From Camelus ferus (Eukaryota): 64,000 nucleotides of DNA. The stretch is taken from the NCBI RefSeq assembly GCF_009834535.1, contig NC_045697.1:11410001-11474000 (forward strand), written 5' to 3'. The notes beneath the pieces are model-generated. The model searched no databases. It saw only the letters and a list, made by a program, of their open reading frames with translations, and was not told where the DNA came from. Below, one piece after another: positions 13,105 to 26,560 of this stretch (within the stretch, counting starts at the first letter, position 1; each line of letters opens with the position of its first letter). Both the position numbers and the translations under genes were made by a program.

Positions 13105-16100
13105 AATATATGAGATGTTATGTGAGTGGCTCCAATATAGAGAAGCAAAAGAAACTATTTTTGAAATAGACAAATCCACTGTTATATTTGGAGACTTCAG
13201 CACCCATTTCTCAATAACTGATAAAACAACTAGACAGAAAATCAGCAAAGATTTAGAACTAAACAATGCTATCAAACAATAAGACCTAATCAACATTTAT
13301 AGGACAATAGCAGAATATTCATTCTGCTCAGGTGCCCAGAGAATATATACCAAGATAGACTGTATCCTAGGCCATAAAAGAAACCTCAATAAACTTAAAA
13401 GAATTGAAATCATACACTGTATCCTCCAAGCACAATGTAATCAAACTAAAAATCAGTAACAGGAAGAAAAGAGAAAAAACTCTGAATAGTTGGAAGATAA
13501 ACAACACCCTTCTAAATAATCTATAGGTCAATCCGAAGTCTTAACAGAAATTATTTTAATATACAAAGCTGAATAAAAGTGAAAGGACATCAAACTTTGT
13601 GAGACACAGCTAAAGCAGAGCTGAGGGGGAAATTTATAGCACTAAATGTAGACAATAGAAAAGATAAAGTCTCAAGGCAACAATCTAAGCTCCAACATCA
13701 AGAAACTAGAAAGAGAAGGGCAAAATAAACCCAAAGCAAGCAAAAGGGAAGAATAAAACAGATAAGAGCAGAAATTAAAAACAGAAAAATGATAGAGAAA
13801 ATCAATAAAACAAAGAAATAGTTCCCTGAAAAAGATTAATAAAATCAACAAAACTCCAGAAAGACTGACAAAGAAAAAGAGAAGATGCAAATTAGTAATA
13901 TCAGGACTGAAACAAGATATTACAGACTTCACATACATCACAAGGATAATGAGGGAATACCACCGACAATTCTACACATACACATTTGACAGATAAAATG
14001 AACCAATTCCTTGAAAAAATACAAATTACCATAACTCATCCAATATGAAATAATTTGAATATCCCTATAACTATTAAGAAAATTGAATTTTTAATTTAAA
14101 AACTATCCAAAAAGAGATCACCAATCCCAGATAGTTTTACTGCAGAATTCTTCTAAGTGTTTAAAGAAGAATGAATACCAATTCTACACAATTTTTTTCA
14201 GACATAAAAGAGGGAGAAATAATTCTCAATTTATTTTATAAAGCTAGTATTACCAAACCAAAGTGCAAAACAGAAAACTACAATCTATATTCCTCATGAA
14301 TACAAACACAAAAAATTTTAACAAAATATTAGCAAAGAGAATTGGGCAATATATAAGAATAATTACACACCATGAACAAGTGGGATTTATTCCAGTGATA
14401 CAAGGCTGTCTCAATATTTGAAAATCAATCAGTGTAATCTACTATATTAAGAGGATAAAGAAGAAAAATCACACAATCCTATCAATTGATGCAGGAAAAG
14501 TATTAGACAACATCTTTTCATGATAATACACTCAGAAAGTTAGGATAGATGAGAACTTCTTCAACTTAATAAAGAGCATCTTAGAAAAATGAAGCTGTTA
14601 ACATTATACTTAAAGGTGAAAGAAAATGCCTTCCCCTTAAGATCAGAAAGACAAAGATGCTTGCTCTCACTACCCTTATTCAACAAAATGTTAGAAGTTA
14701 GCCAGTATCACAAGAAAAGAAAGTGAAATAAAAGGCACACACGTTATAAAGGAAGCAATAAAACTGTTCCTATTTGAAAATAACATGATTTTCTACATAG
14801 AAAATCCCAAGGGAACCTATCAAAAAATTCCTAGAACCTATAGGTGACTTCAGCCAGATCACAGGAAACAAACAAAAACAAAGAAAAAAAACAAAAAAAA
14901 ATTGTATATCTATATAATATCGATGAATATGTGGATGCCAAAATAAAAAATGCAATTCCATTTATATTAAATAGAAGAATAAAGAAATACTTAGATGTAA
15001 ATCTAACAAAGCATGGGTAGAATTTGTATGATGCAAATTACCCCATGCTGATGAAAGAAATAAAAAAACTAAGTAAATGGAGGGATATAGATTGGAAAAC
15101 TCAATATACCAATGATGTCAGTTCTTCCCAAACACATACAAGTTTAATACAATTCCTATAAAAAATCAAAGCAAGATACTTTGTTGATATAGATATAGAT
15201 TATTCTAAAATATACCTAAAAAAGCAAAGGAATTAGAATCACTAAAACAATTTTGAAAAATAAAAGAAATCCACCTACTTGATTTCAAGACTTAACTATC
15301 TAGCTACAGTAATCAAGACTGTGTGATAAGGATGAACATGATGATAGACATCTAGATCAACTAGGACAGAATAGAAAGCCCAGAAATAGACCACACAAAT
15401 ATGTTCAGTGGATTTTAGGGGAAAAAATGAATCAATAAAGGAAAGAGAGCCTTTCTGATAAATGATGCTGGAGCAGTTGGAAATGTACAGGCATAAAAAT
15501 GAACATTTACCTAAATTTCAGACCTTATACAAAAAATTAACTCAAAGTTGATTATGGAATTACTTGTAAAACTGTAAAACTTTTAGAAAAAAAATTAAAA
15601 GAAAATCTTTGGGATCTAGGGCTAGATTTGACACCAAAAGCACAATCTGTAAAAGGGAAAATTGACTGATTAATCAAAAATTGATTAATTAGACTTCATC
15701 AATATTAAAAACTTTTGCTGTGTGAAAGACTGTTTAAAGAATGAAAAGTTCAGCTTCAGAAAATATTTACAAACCATACAGCTACAGAGAGACTAGCATT
15801 TAGAATATAAACAGGATTCTCAAAATTCAACACTAAAAAGGGCATACAGCCCAATTTTAAAATGGCCAAAATATATGGAGAAACACTCATTAAAGGAGAT
15901 ATACTGATGGTAAATAAGTGTGTGAATAAGGGAATGCAAATTAAAACCAAGGTGAAATTTCTCAAGTTAAAATAAAAATTAGTGACAACATCATATATGA
16001 GGGAGGATGCAGAGAAACAGAATTACTGATATTTTTCTGGTGTGAATGTAAAACTATACAGTCACTGATAAAAAATGGCAGTTTCTTAAAAAGTTAAATA

Positions 16101-16172
16101 TGCAACCACCAAACAACCCAGCAATTGCATTTCTGGATATTTATCCCATAGAAATGAAGACTTATTGTCACA
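13105..16172 (+). mobile_element. Decayed L1 (L1M-type) ORF2 from endonuclease through RT to C-terminus, lacking its 3' end
   Basis: GGAGACTTCAGCACCCA (EN motif GDFxTP), CAAGTGGGATTTATTCCAG..CAAGGCTG (QVGFIP), TCAATTGATGCAGGAAAA (SIDA.K), TTTGAAAATAACATGATT (decayed FADD motif). Many stops and frameshifts. Confidence 0.9.
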
Positions 16173-18865
16173 CTGATCAATGACAAAGAAAAAATGTAAG
16201 CAACCAATGTTCTGAAAGAGAAGATGTCACTGAAAATCCTATACACAGGAAAAGGATAATAAGAGAACATTTTGAATAGAATGATGCTAATAAATGCAGC
16301 AACATAGATGAAATGAATATCTTAAAAATACAACTTAACAAAACTGAAAAAAGATAAACTACAAAATCTGAATAGATTTATATTTATTAAAATAATTGAA
16401 TTCATTATGAAAAAAACTTTTGACATAAAAATATCTAGGGGCAGGTTATTTCTATCAAACAAGATAAAGCGCTCTTCTTTAAAGAAGTAATAATAGCAAT
16501 TCTACACAAATTCCTTCAAGCAAAAAGAAGAGGGTGGGACACTACCTACCTATTTTATGATAAAAGCATTATTCTTATATCAAAACCTCACAAAAACTTT
16601 ACCAAAAAAATATATACACCAATATCCTTCAAGAACATAGATGGAAACATACTTAGAAAATATAATGTAGCAATACATTAAAAGGATAATATATTATGAC
16701 TAAGTGGGGTTTAATCAAGTTTGATTTAACATCTAAAAATCAATCAAAGTAACTCACCATATTTACAGAATAAAGAAGAACAGTTATATGGTAAAGTCAA
16801 TAAAGGCATAGAATTCTATATTCATTCATAATAATAGCTCTTAGAAAATTAAAATCAGAAGAAAATTTCTCAATATGATAAAACGCAACTATGAAAAATC
16901 TAGAGCTAACTTCATACTTAATAGTGAAATATTAAACGATTTTACCATAAGTTAAAAAGCAAATTCAGGTTACTCATTCTTATCACTTACATTTAATACT
17001 GTACTGGAGACCCTAGCCAATTCAATAAGGCAAGAAAAAAATAAAATGCATAAGAAATTAAGAAGTAACATTTCCTTATCTGCAAGCAATGTAATTTTTT
17101 ATATAGGAAATCACAAGTCATCAACCTCTATCCCTCTCAAAAAAAACTATGACAACTAATAAGTGAGTTTGGCAAGGTCTCACAATACAGCAAGCAAAGT
17201 CAACATCCAACCATTATTTTTTTCTATGTACTATCAGCAAACAATTGGAAAGCAAAAAAAAAAAAAAAAAAATTTTTTTTTAAGTCCAGTTACAATAGTA
17301 TTTTAAATACTTCAGACGTTCAGGAATAAATTTAAGCAATGATTACTCTCTTCTCAGAGAGAAATTTTAAATGACCTAAATAGATGAGAAGATGTGCTCT
17401 GTCTACAGTTTAAAATACTTAATATTCTTAAGATGTTAACAATAATTCACTAATAATTCAACACAATCCAAATCATAATTACAGCAGTTTTTAAAGTAAA
17501 AATTTAAAAACTATCTCTAAAATTTACATGAAAATGTAAACAACCTAGAATAACCAAATCAACTTTCAAGAAGAATGCAACCAGAGGACTTATACTATGT
17601 AATTTAAGCTCTACTGTAATGTGTTAGTCATCAGGAGAGTATGGTATTTGCTTAAGGATAAACAAATCAATTAACGGAACAGAATGAAATTCAGAAATAA
17701 ATCCTTTTATATAATCAATTGGTTTTTGTCAAAGATGTAAAGCAATTCAATGGAGAAGGAAAGTTCATTCAACAAATGGCACTGGAGCTAACAGATATCC
17801 ATATAGAAGAAAAATGCCTGCATCCTTACCTCTTATTAGTATACACAAAATTAATTTGAAATAGATTGTAAATCTAAACACAAAAGCCAGAAAGGTAAAT
17901 CTCCTAGAAGAAACTATAAGAGAAAATCTTCATAATCTTTTGATAAGCAAAGATTTGTTTGAGAGGATACAGAAACCATGAATCATCAAAGAGAAAAAAA
18001 TATAAATTAGACTTAGTCAAAATTAAAATCTTCTATTCATCAGAAAACATCGTAAAAAAAACAGTCAAGACTCAGTGGGAAAGTATTTGCATATATATGA
18101 TAAATGAGTCCTTTCAGAATATATAAACTCAATGATAAAAAATTTAAATGGGCAAAAGGCATGAACACTGGGCTAAAAAAAGATACAGAAATGACCACTC
18201 TGCATGTGGAAAAAAACTCAAAATTATAATGAGATACCACCACACAAGAATGACCAAAATTACAGTTGCTAACATGAAATGTTGGCGAGGATAAAGAGTA
18301 ACTCCACACCACCATTTACAAAGTAAACACTTCACCTCCCTGTTGATCCAGCAGCTTCTCTTCTAGGTGTTCATACAAAAGAAATAAAATCAAATGTCCA
18401 CTGAAACTTGCAGAGGAATATTCATAGCAACTTTATTCATAATTGCTGCGATCTTGAAACAATTCAAATGTCCATCAATAGGAGAATGAATTCTAAATTT
18501 GTGGTAAACTTATGCAGTGAAATACAATTTAGCAATAAAAAAGGACAAACTACTGATGGAAACAGCACAGATGAAATTTATAGACATTATATTAAGCAAA
18601 AAAATCTACACACACACACACCTACATTATACAAAGTACGAGAAGGCAAAAGTAATCTATGGTGACAGAAAATCATTGAGTTGTAGCGGGAGGATTAAGT
18701 TAAAGTGGAAATTTTCCAGATTGATCAAAATATCCCATATTTTGTTTGAGGTGGTTATTTACGATTTTACAAAATTATATTACAAAATTATTCAAAACTA
18801 ATTGAACCAAATACTTAAGATCTGTGTAATTTTTTGTCTGTAAATAAAACCTCAAATAAAAAGAA
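16173..18865 (+). mobile_element. Second, more diverged L1 fragment: ORF2 linker and RT to 3' UTR
   Basis: ORF2 landmarks recur (GACTAAGTGGGGTTTA, TACTGTACTGGAGACCCTAGCCA, TTCAACAAATGG). It ends in a 3' UTR with CTCAAATAAAAAG. Confidence 0.85.
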
Positions 18866-19754
18866 GCTAAACTAAGATTAACATTTCAATGAATAATATT
18901 GTGTATATCTTCTTCAACATGGTGTTTCATATTGCTGGTTTGCTAATAGCTTAAGCATAATCTGCTCAGAATAATTAACAAAAAGTGATGAAAATTTATT
19001 TCTCAAATTTACTCAACAATTGCAATTTTATCTCCACCATCCGCACCCTCAACCTTCTTGTCTGATCTGGTTAGATGGTCATTGTTTTAGGAGGAGAGGA
19101 AATATCACCTCTGCCTTCTTGGTCTTCTTTTACGCTCACTTTGATAGTATTATCTTTAATACAGTTTGGTTTCTTTGTAGGAATCCTTCTAAGTGGCTTG
19201 TCCATTTTGTGAAGGTTAATATAGTCACAATGAGTTAAAACTGCCATGATACAACAAGGCACAGGAAACCCTCAGTGGGCCGTAATAGGGTTAAAACAAA
19301 CAAACAAAGAGGGCCTTGGCAAGTTCTGCATGCTGCGGGGCCCTGGATCTCCCCATTGGACGCCTCTCCACATGTCAGTGACAGAGCCCCTGCCTGTCTC
19401 ACTTGGGGACTTAAAAGGACTTCAGTACTAATCAGTGGATTAAAACTGAGTAAATCTTATTTTATTCTTAAAAAGAATAAACATAAATGGGGGGTCTATC
19501 TGTACCCAGTGGGGCATCCATGTGCCCACTTCACTACCGTGCTCTGTTTCTCACCTACCCTGGTTTTTTTTAATTACTTATCACTTAGGTCTTGGATCTT
19601 ACTGCTCTGATGAGTTTCCCTGACTCTTTAGGACTGAGTTAGGTGCCTCAGGGCCTTTGCACCAGAAAATGGGCCATTACAATCCAGGGTGAGCCCACTT
19701 GTCAATATACTGATTTAGACAACAGAGTTAAACACACTTCTTAAAATCTTCCCT

Positions 19755-20290
19755 TATCAGTTATTCAAAAAATTGATAGCTGATCATGTTTCCTGTGCTG
19801 CTATAGGCACGGGGGATTCAATGGGGAACCAAACAATCAGATATCCCCCTTCACTCATGGCACTGAAATTCTGGTGGGGCAGACAGACAATTGATAAATA
19901 AATAATGTGGTGAGAAATACACAGGATAAAAATAAGGTGAGAGAGAATATGAAATCTGCAAACAGTGGGGTTGACAATGATATCAAGTGATCAGGAGGAC
20001 CTCACTCAGAGTGTGACCTTGAGCCAAGACCAGAAGGAACCAGGTGAATATATACAGGAAAATGGTCTCATCCCTGCTGAGGGAGCAAGGGCAGCAGCAG
20101 GGAGAGAGTGGACAGGTTCAAGATCATTTTCAGAGTTAGAGTCCACGGATCTTTCTTGAGAATGGATTAGATGCGAGGGAGAGCAGGGACAAGGGAAGGA
20201 AGAATAAAGGCTGACTCACAGGCTTCTGCTTTCAGCTAACCTGTGAACGATGGTGCCGCTCAGACAGATGGGGAAGAATGGGGGATAGCA
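19755..20290 (-). mobile_element. L2 fragment
   Basis: TTATTCAAAAAATTGATAG..TGTGCTG..GGCACGGGGGATTCA..AACCAAACA...GATGGTGCC. Confidence 0.7.
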
Positions 20291-20399
20291 AGTGGGGTGA
20301 TGTGCACACCGCATCAAGAGCTCATATGTGAGCTGTTACGTGTGTAGTGGTCACCTCTGTTAACTTTAAGGACATTCAGGCTCCTAGAGCATAATTTAC

Positions 20400-20810
20400 T
20401 TGCTGCAGTAGATTGTCTATGCCTCCTCACTTGCAATGTGACATTGAGACACTTCCATCCAGAGAGGGAGTCTATTTCTATACCCTTTGCACGTGGGCTG
20501 AGATGTGTGACTTGCTTTGTCCAAGTCAAGTATTAGCAAATATGACAAAAGTGGCAGCTTAGAAAGTCATGTTGCCAAGACCATGACCATTGCCATGGGG
20601 GCAAGCTGGGGTTGCCTGCTGGAAGATGAGTGACACATGGCCCAGATCACCCTGTCACCCCAACTGACATCACTCCAACCACCAGACACATGAGTGAGGA
20701 GGTCACCTTAGACCATCCAGCCTTATCAGAGCCAGCCCCGACCAGGATGTGAGAAATACAAAAATGTGCTTGAATCACTGAATCATTTCAGCAAAGCCTA
20801 ATTGATCCAC
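20400..20810 (+). mobile_element. MLT1 (F/G-like) LTR
   Basis: GGAGTCTATTTCTATACCCTTTG..TGTGACTTGCTTTGTCCAA...CAGACACATGAGTGAGG...CAGCAAAGCCTAATTGAT. Confidence 0.7.
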
Positions 20811-21934
20811 TTGACCTAGATCCAGAGCTGATGAGTGGCCAAGTCAAGAATTGTGGCTTCCTTCTCCGAAATTCACCATTTCTCTATGATTCCTAGACTA
20901 GTCTCTTTGAATATTAGCTCAATCAGAACCAGGAACATTATGGGGCCATGTCCTCCAAGCTGCTGTCTTAAAGCCCGTGTACATAAAATCCACTCCATTT
21001 GTTAATGTGCAATCTCTCTCTCTCCCCTTGCTGAGACAATGTTGCTGTAAAAGCAACCAACAGAAATTCGATTCAATCTCTGGGGAAATTTATAGAAAAA
21101 AAAAAAATCTTGCTATGCCAGTGCTTTTTCCATGGCAATATGAAGCATATGGGATCTCAGAAGAAGCATCTATCACAATATGTTGCATTGCAGTGCAGAA
21201 ATTGGCATTTTTTCCAATTCCTCAAAGCCTAGCTAAGAGAAAATAAAAGTATGAGGTCCAGGCTGCTGCTGACTATGCTGTCCCTTTCAAAGCATTTTAC
21301 TGGTTTAAGGAAAGGGAAAAATTAAAAAGTAAAAAACAAACAAAAATCCTGAGGTCCCCAGATGGAGTCCACTACTGGCCCCAGAAGTCTCTGAGCTGAC
21401 ACCCACACTCAGAGTGTATTCAAAACTGTAAATAGTGTCCTGGGGTCCAGCCACTGCAGCCCCAACAGAATTCGGGGGCTGAAGCCCCAGATGGAATGGG
21501 AAAGAGAGTATATTACTACCCGTCCTGGCTTTAGAAATGAGGAGGCCTGAGCTCTAGCCCTTGCTCTGTGACGACGTTACTGCATGACTTTGGACAAGTC
21601 TCATCACAGAGATGACCCACTGAGTCATCATTAACCACGGATGCTGTAGCACAGGACTCTTTGTTTAGAGCTAGGGGTGAGCAGAGGGTCATGTCCCACG
21701 GGAAGGGGACATGGGAGTAGTAAATTTTGATGTGATGGGCTGAAAGATGTAGGAGAATCTCCTGGGCTGCTGCGAACAGAAGGAACGAGGTTACCCCAAT
21801 TAGCCAGAGAACACAGGGAGAATGCTGGGTGTTTGCAGTTGAGATGCTGGAGGTGAGGAGAAGGACTATGGGACGTGGTGGAGAGCCTTATGGCTGACTG
21901 CGCCAAGTGGAGGTGGGTGACTCTCGTTAGATCC

Positions 21935-22080
21935 CTGTCCAGTGCTTTCAACCCTGCTTTCCAAGTGAGGAAACGAGACAGATCGTATGTGACTTGCTCC
22001 CGTCCCACAGCCAGTAAGTGATGGAGCTTAGCTCTCAACTCATGCTTGTCTGTTTCTAAACCCTACGCTTTTATCATTTT
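21935..22080 (-). mobile_element. MIR SINE
   Basis: TGAGGAAACGAGAC..GTGACTTGCTC..GTCCCACAGCCAGTAAGTGATGGAGC. Confidence 0.75.
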
Positions 22081-22954
22081 AACCTCCTTGGCATCTCAGA
22101 CTTCAAAATGATGCCTATGAATAGATTCTGAAATATTTTGGAAAGGATAGCATGGCACTCTTGGGCAGAAAAAAAAATGGTAGTTCATTAGAAAGCATAA
22201 TTTTAAGTGATGGAATGGATTCTTTCTCACCTTGCTCCCTTCAGTTGAGTCTCACAGCATCTCCTTCCTCTCCTGTTCCTTTTATGGAGAGATGGGGAGA
22301 CCAAGCAGTAGTGCCTGGGGGTCTAAAGGCCCAGAATGTTAGGTCCTGCTTGATCGTCCCTGTGATAAACATCTCAATAATGCGGCCAGCACAGCGCCTG
22401 ACTGCTTCCCAGAGACCCGCGAGATCAGTCCTGGGGCTGCTACAACCGGACAGAGAAAACCCCCAGAAATGGCTCTGGGATTGGAAATAATTGTAAAGGA
22501 AAGCCTGCCCCTGGCTTCTAAATCACTTAATCAAAGTTGTCTTCCTAACCTTTTCATTAATATTTGACATTAGATGAAGTAGTTTAATGCTTGTGTGTTT
22601 TATGTACCTCAAATTAAATGGAAAGCAACAGAAACCTTATTCAAAATGTAAAGGCTATATAAATCCAAGAGTTTTCCAGATCAAAAATAGGTATTCAGTT
22701 TGTATCTGGTAGGTGGGACACACATCCAGAACAACAAATGAGATTTAAAAAACAACAACACTTCTTGGTAACTGGAAGCCAGTGGGGTTATGAAGTTCAG
22801 ACCCATAGATGTTAAGATGGAGTTGGGGGCTGGGAAGATGGGGAGGAGGATGGAGGGCCTGCCAGGAGTTTTGGAAAATACAATAGAGTACAAATAGAGT
22901 GAGGGTAGATGCGGGTCCTAAAAAGAGCTTTACTAGAGAGTTCGAAAGAGGGAG

Positions 22955-23230
22955 AAACTGTGAATTCCAACTTTACCACTTGCCAGACCTGTGATTCAGG
23001 CAAGGTAACCTCCCCAAGCCTCACTGCCTCCGGACAACTTGCAAAACAGCTTCTCACTTGCGAGGGACATTAGAGGAAGAGATGAGATAATGCTGTTTCC
23101 CAAACTCACCTCTTGAGAAGGACCATGTTGAGCAGCCTGTCCAAATACAGATTCCCAGGCCCCTTTCCTGAAGCTTCTGGGGCCTGGGACTGTGCTTCCA
23201 ATGCACTCCAGCAGCGACAAAACCAAAACA
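22955..23230 (+). mobile_element. MIR followed by a MER5A-like hAT-Charlie fragment
   Basis: MIR: CCACTTGCCAG..TGTGA..GGCAAGGTAACC. MER5-like: TTTCCCAAACT...AAATACAGATTCCCAGGCCC. Confidence 0.6.
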
Positions 23231-23324
23231 AGGGACTGGGGCTCTGTCTCAATTTCCCCTTCCGTCACCAACACACACTCTCACCCTAGTCATTTTGAAT
23301 CCATATAAATATTTTCATTTACTG

Positions 23325-23555
23325 TTATTTTTAATTCTTCTCTTTGAAGTAATTTCAGACTCATAAACAAATTGCAATAAATAGTCTTGAGTTGTCTTAT
23401 GCTCTTCATTTAGTTTCTCCAAACATTCATGTCTTACATAACCATACCACAATAATTCAAATCAGATCATCAACATTAATCCAAGCCCCTTCGCTAATTC
23501 ACATTTCACCAATTGTTCCGTCACTGTCCTTTTTCTGGTCAGGGATCTAAGCCCA
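23325..23555 (-). mobile_element. Old L1 (L1MB/MC-like) 3' end fragment
   Basis: TTTGAAGTAATTTCAGACTCA...TTGCAA...CTTACATAACCATA..ACAAT. Confidence 0.7.
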
Positions 23556-26394
23556 GCAAATTCAAATACATTAAATATGATGTGATGCCTCTTCTAGACA
23601 AGTCCCCAACAGCCCTGTAAACAGATGGGTGCTTCTTCCCCGTGTTACATGTACACTCTAGAGCTGCCATTATACCCCATGAGATCCTTATAGTCAAGAA
23701 ATAAATCTGGGTAAACACTGAGATAATAATTTTGGTGGTCTTGGCACATAGCAGGATAAGTCAAAGTTCACTTAATGCAAAAAAAAAAATCATTATTTGT
23801 ATACAAGAAATCAAGAGAAGCATGATGAAAGGCAGGCAGAAGCTTTTGTAGAGAAGTGCTTGAGATGCTCTGACTCTCACCTTGGTTTCTCCCTTGAGCA
23901 GTGCTGCCCCCAGCCTGACCACTACTGGGCACAGCCTGCCTGTCAGTCAAGGTCCATTCATGAGATGATGTGTGGAAAGGATTTAGCTCAAGGAACACAC
24001 AGGAAGGACTCAGTAAACGTTGTTCGTAATTTATTACTCTTTCCAAAGCTACTTTCCTCTTGAAGCTTCTCCATTCAATCCATGAAGGATGATAGTCCCA
24101 ATTTCCACTACCCCCGCCCCGTCTTGTTGAGTCTCTCCTATAGCTCGGAATGCATCCTGATTTATGTTGTAGTTATCTGTGGACTTCTTTATCTTATCGC
24201 CCCAACTAGATTGTAAATTCTGATCCTTTTATCTCCTGTGGAGGCTCCCCGGGCTTTGTGCAGATCACGCTGCGGGTAGCTGGCCTCCCAAACGCACTGG
24301 GGGCATCTAGCCTGCAGATCCTCTGATTTAATTTATTACTAACCCTCTAGGCTATAACCTGTTTTAAGCATCTTTGTGTAAAGCTGCCATTGTGCTCAAC
24401 AGGGAAGCATTCTTTCTGGACTAGCCTCTTATGGGAGGCAAATCCTCCCCTCTTCAGGAAAAAAGGAACACCCCTATTCAGTTGGACCACTTATCGGACC
24501 ACTTACTGATAATGAGGACTTTGGGGCCAGGCCTGTATTTTGGGGACTGTCAGTTGCCTTTAGGTAAAAGAGACACAGAGACAGTTAAAGGAGGTTGGTG
24601 ACGCTTTCTAGCACTTTGGCGCTCCACGTCTTCAAGGCACTTTACGCAAATCAACTAATGAACATTTCATCGCACAGCGCGCGGTCTCTCCTGGGGATTT
24701 GGAAGGCTCTAGGCTTCAATTCTGCAGCAAGACTTGAAAGGGGTTGGCAATTTGTGGTTAACAATTGCGTTTATGATTGCGCTTCCTAAAAGAGAGACAA
24801 TCACGTCTCTTGCCTTTCACTGAGCAAGTCCTGGCTGCATGTTTGTTGACTGACTGACTGAGTCCAACTGATGGCATCAAATAAGGCCCTTCCTCTGCTC
24901 TCCCCCTTCTTCGGGTCTCATCGAAAGGCACAGGCCAACTTCATTCCAGAAAGTTCTTTTCAATGCTGCATTAGGTGATTTAATGTAAAACATCTAGATC
25001 CATAGTCCCTTATAAAAATCAGGTGCAAGGTTTGGAACTTGTTCCCAGGGAAATGTTAAGTGCATGCAGCACACGCTGCAGACATTTGCATGATTTTTCA
25101 GAGCTCTGTCTGAAACCCAAATTAAGACCGTCTGCTTCAGGTATTGTTTGGAAGCAGCCAGCTTAAAAAGGATCACCTATGTCAGTTTGGAGAGAAATAA
25201 TTTATTTTGCCAAGAGTACTTTGGTTTCACTGGTTTAAAAGCAAAATTCGTAAGTGCAGTTGCCCTTTTCAGATTAAGCATCAAGAATATTTTTAAATGT
25301 TCTATGAATACGTTTTGTTTAAAAATCGTTAAGTGAAACAGTGTGCTTTCTGGTCACAGCCATTTGCAGTGACCTTAGGGACTTGTTTTTCTTCTTCTTA
25401 GCCTCATCTAATGGCATATTCTCACATTTGGGAAAATAGGAAATGTTCTGCCTGGCTTCTTAGTGAGTGGATGTGTAGTGATGAGGGAAGACTTTTCTGA
25501 AAACTTGGCAGTGCTGACAGCAATGTTTACTAAATCCTCCATAAATACCCCCAACAGAGCCAAACAAAGGATGTCAGGAAACCCTGACACCCCAACACCT
25601 AATTCCCAGACTTACTGAAAATGAGGAAGGAAAATAGTTTGTAGGCAATTGGCTGGAAAGGATCCTCACTTCCTAAGAAGAGTGGACATTTTGAGAAGGA
25701 GGCTGGGAGAGAAGAAAGCAAAGATCAAAAGGAAGAGTGAAGCCCCTCAGGAGTGGCCCTCCAAAAATAACAGCTTGCATTTCAATAGTCAGCCTTGAAA
25801 TGCAGAAATCTAAGATTCCTTCCAAAAAGACCTGTGATATTGACAGCTGCTCAGAACTCAAAGAAGCGCCGGTAGAGTTTGTTTGCCCTGAACACAATGT
25901 CACTAACACCTGCCCCAAGGAATGTGTCCCCACTTCCTGGTGTTTTGGGGGGAAAGGAAGGAATTAGAAAATTCCATGAATTAAAGCCAAAGATAAAAGG
26001 GTTTTCCACACTTCTCCCCAACTGATGCGCAAATTTGCCCTTCCGCTGGCCCAGGTGTCCTTAACCAATTGTGAGGTCCAGCTGTTTTCAGATAGAGCAG
26101 GAATTTAGCAGTTCAAGTCCAAGATTCTTAAAGATAAGAGATAACCAGTTAAGCGGGCTTGTCTCCTTCCAGAATTTCTCGTCAAGCATCCTGGATTCCT
26201 TCCCTCGACTCATCACTTTCCTTCCTGGTTGATAGTTATCTGTATCCAATCACTATATCCAGCTCTATCTGCTCTTTTCACAACTAAAAGGGTCAAATGG
26301 TAAATATGTCCAGTTCACTTGCCTGTCCTAGCTCAGCCTGGAGGCACAGTGAGATTGTAGGAGAAGGCTTGTGCTGAGTTAAGTTCCTTCTCCT

Positions 26395-26560
26395 TCCTGA
26401 ATTTGAGTCATAGAGTCAGATTTGGGTTTGAATCCTGGCTTTGAGAGTCAGACAGCTCACTCAACTCTTTGCATCTTGGTTAATTCATTTATAAAAAACA
26501 TCTCATCTAATAAATTTGTGGTGACGATAAAATGAGATATTTAAATATATATAAGTATAT
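26395..26560 (+). mobile_element. MIR SINE
   Basis: GAGTCAGATTTGGGTTTGAATCCTGGCT...TTGTGGTGACGATAAAATGAGATA. Confidence 0.75.

Noticed and set aside
17254..17281. A19-T9 run that could form a hairpin
   Set aside because: Simple homopolymer slippage inside a dead L1.
13105..18865. Possible functional or domesticated reverse transcriptase
   Set aside because: Both L1 ORF2 copies are full of stops and frameshifts, and the catalytic motif is mutated.
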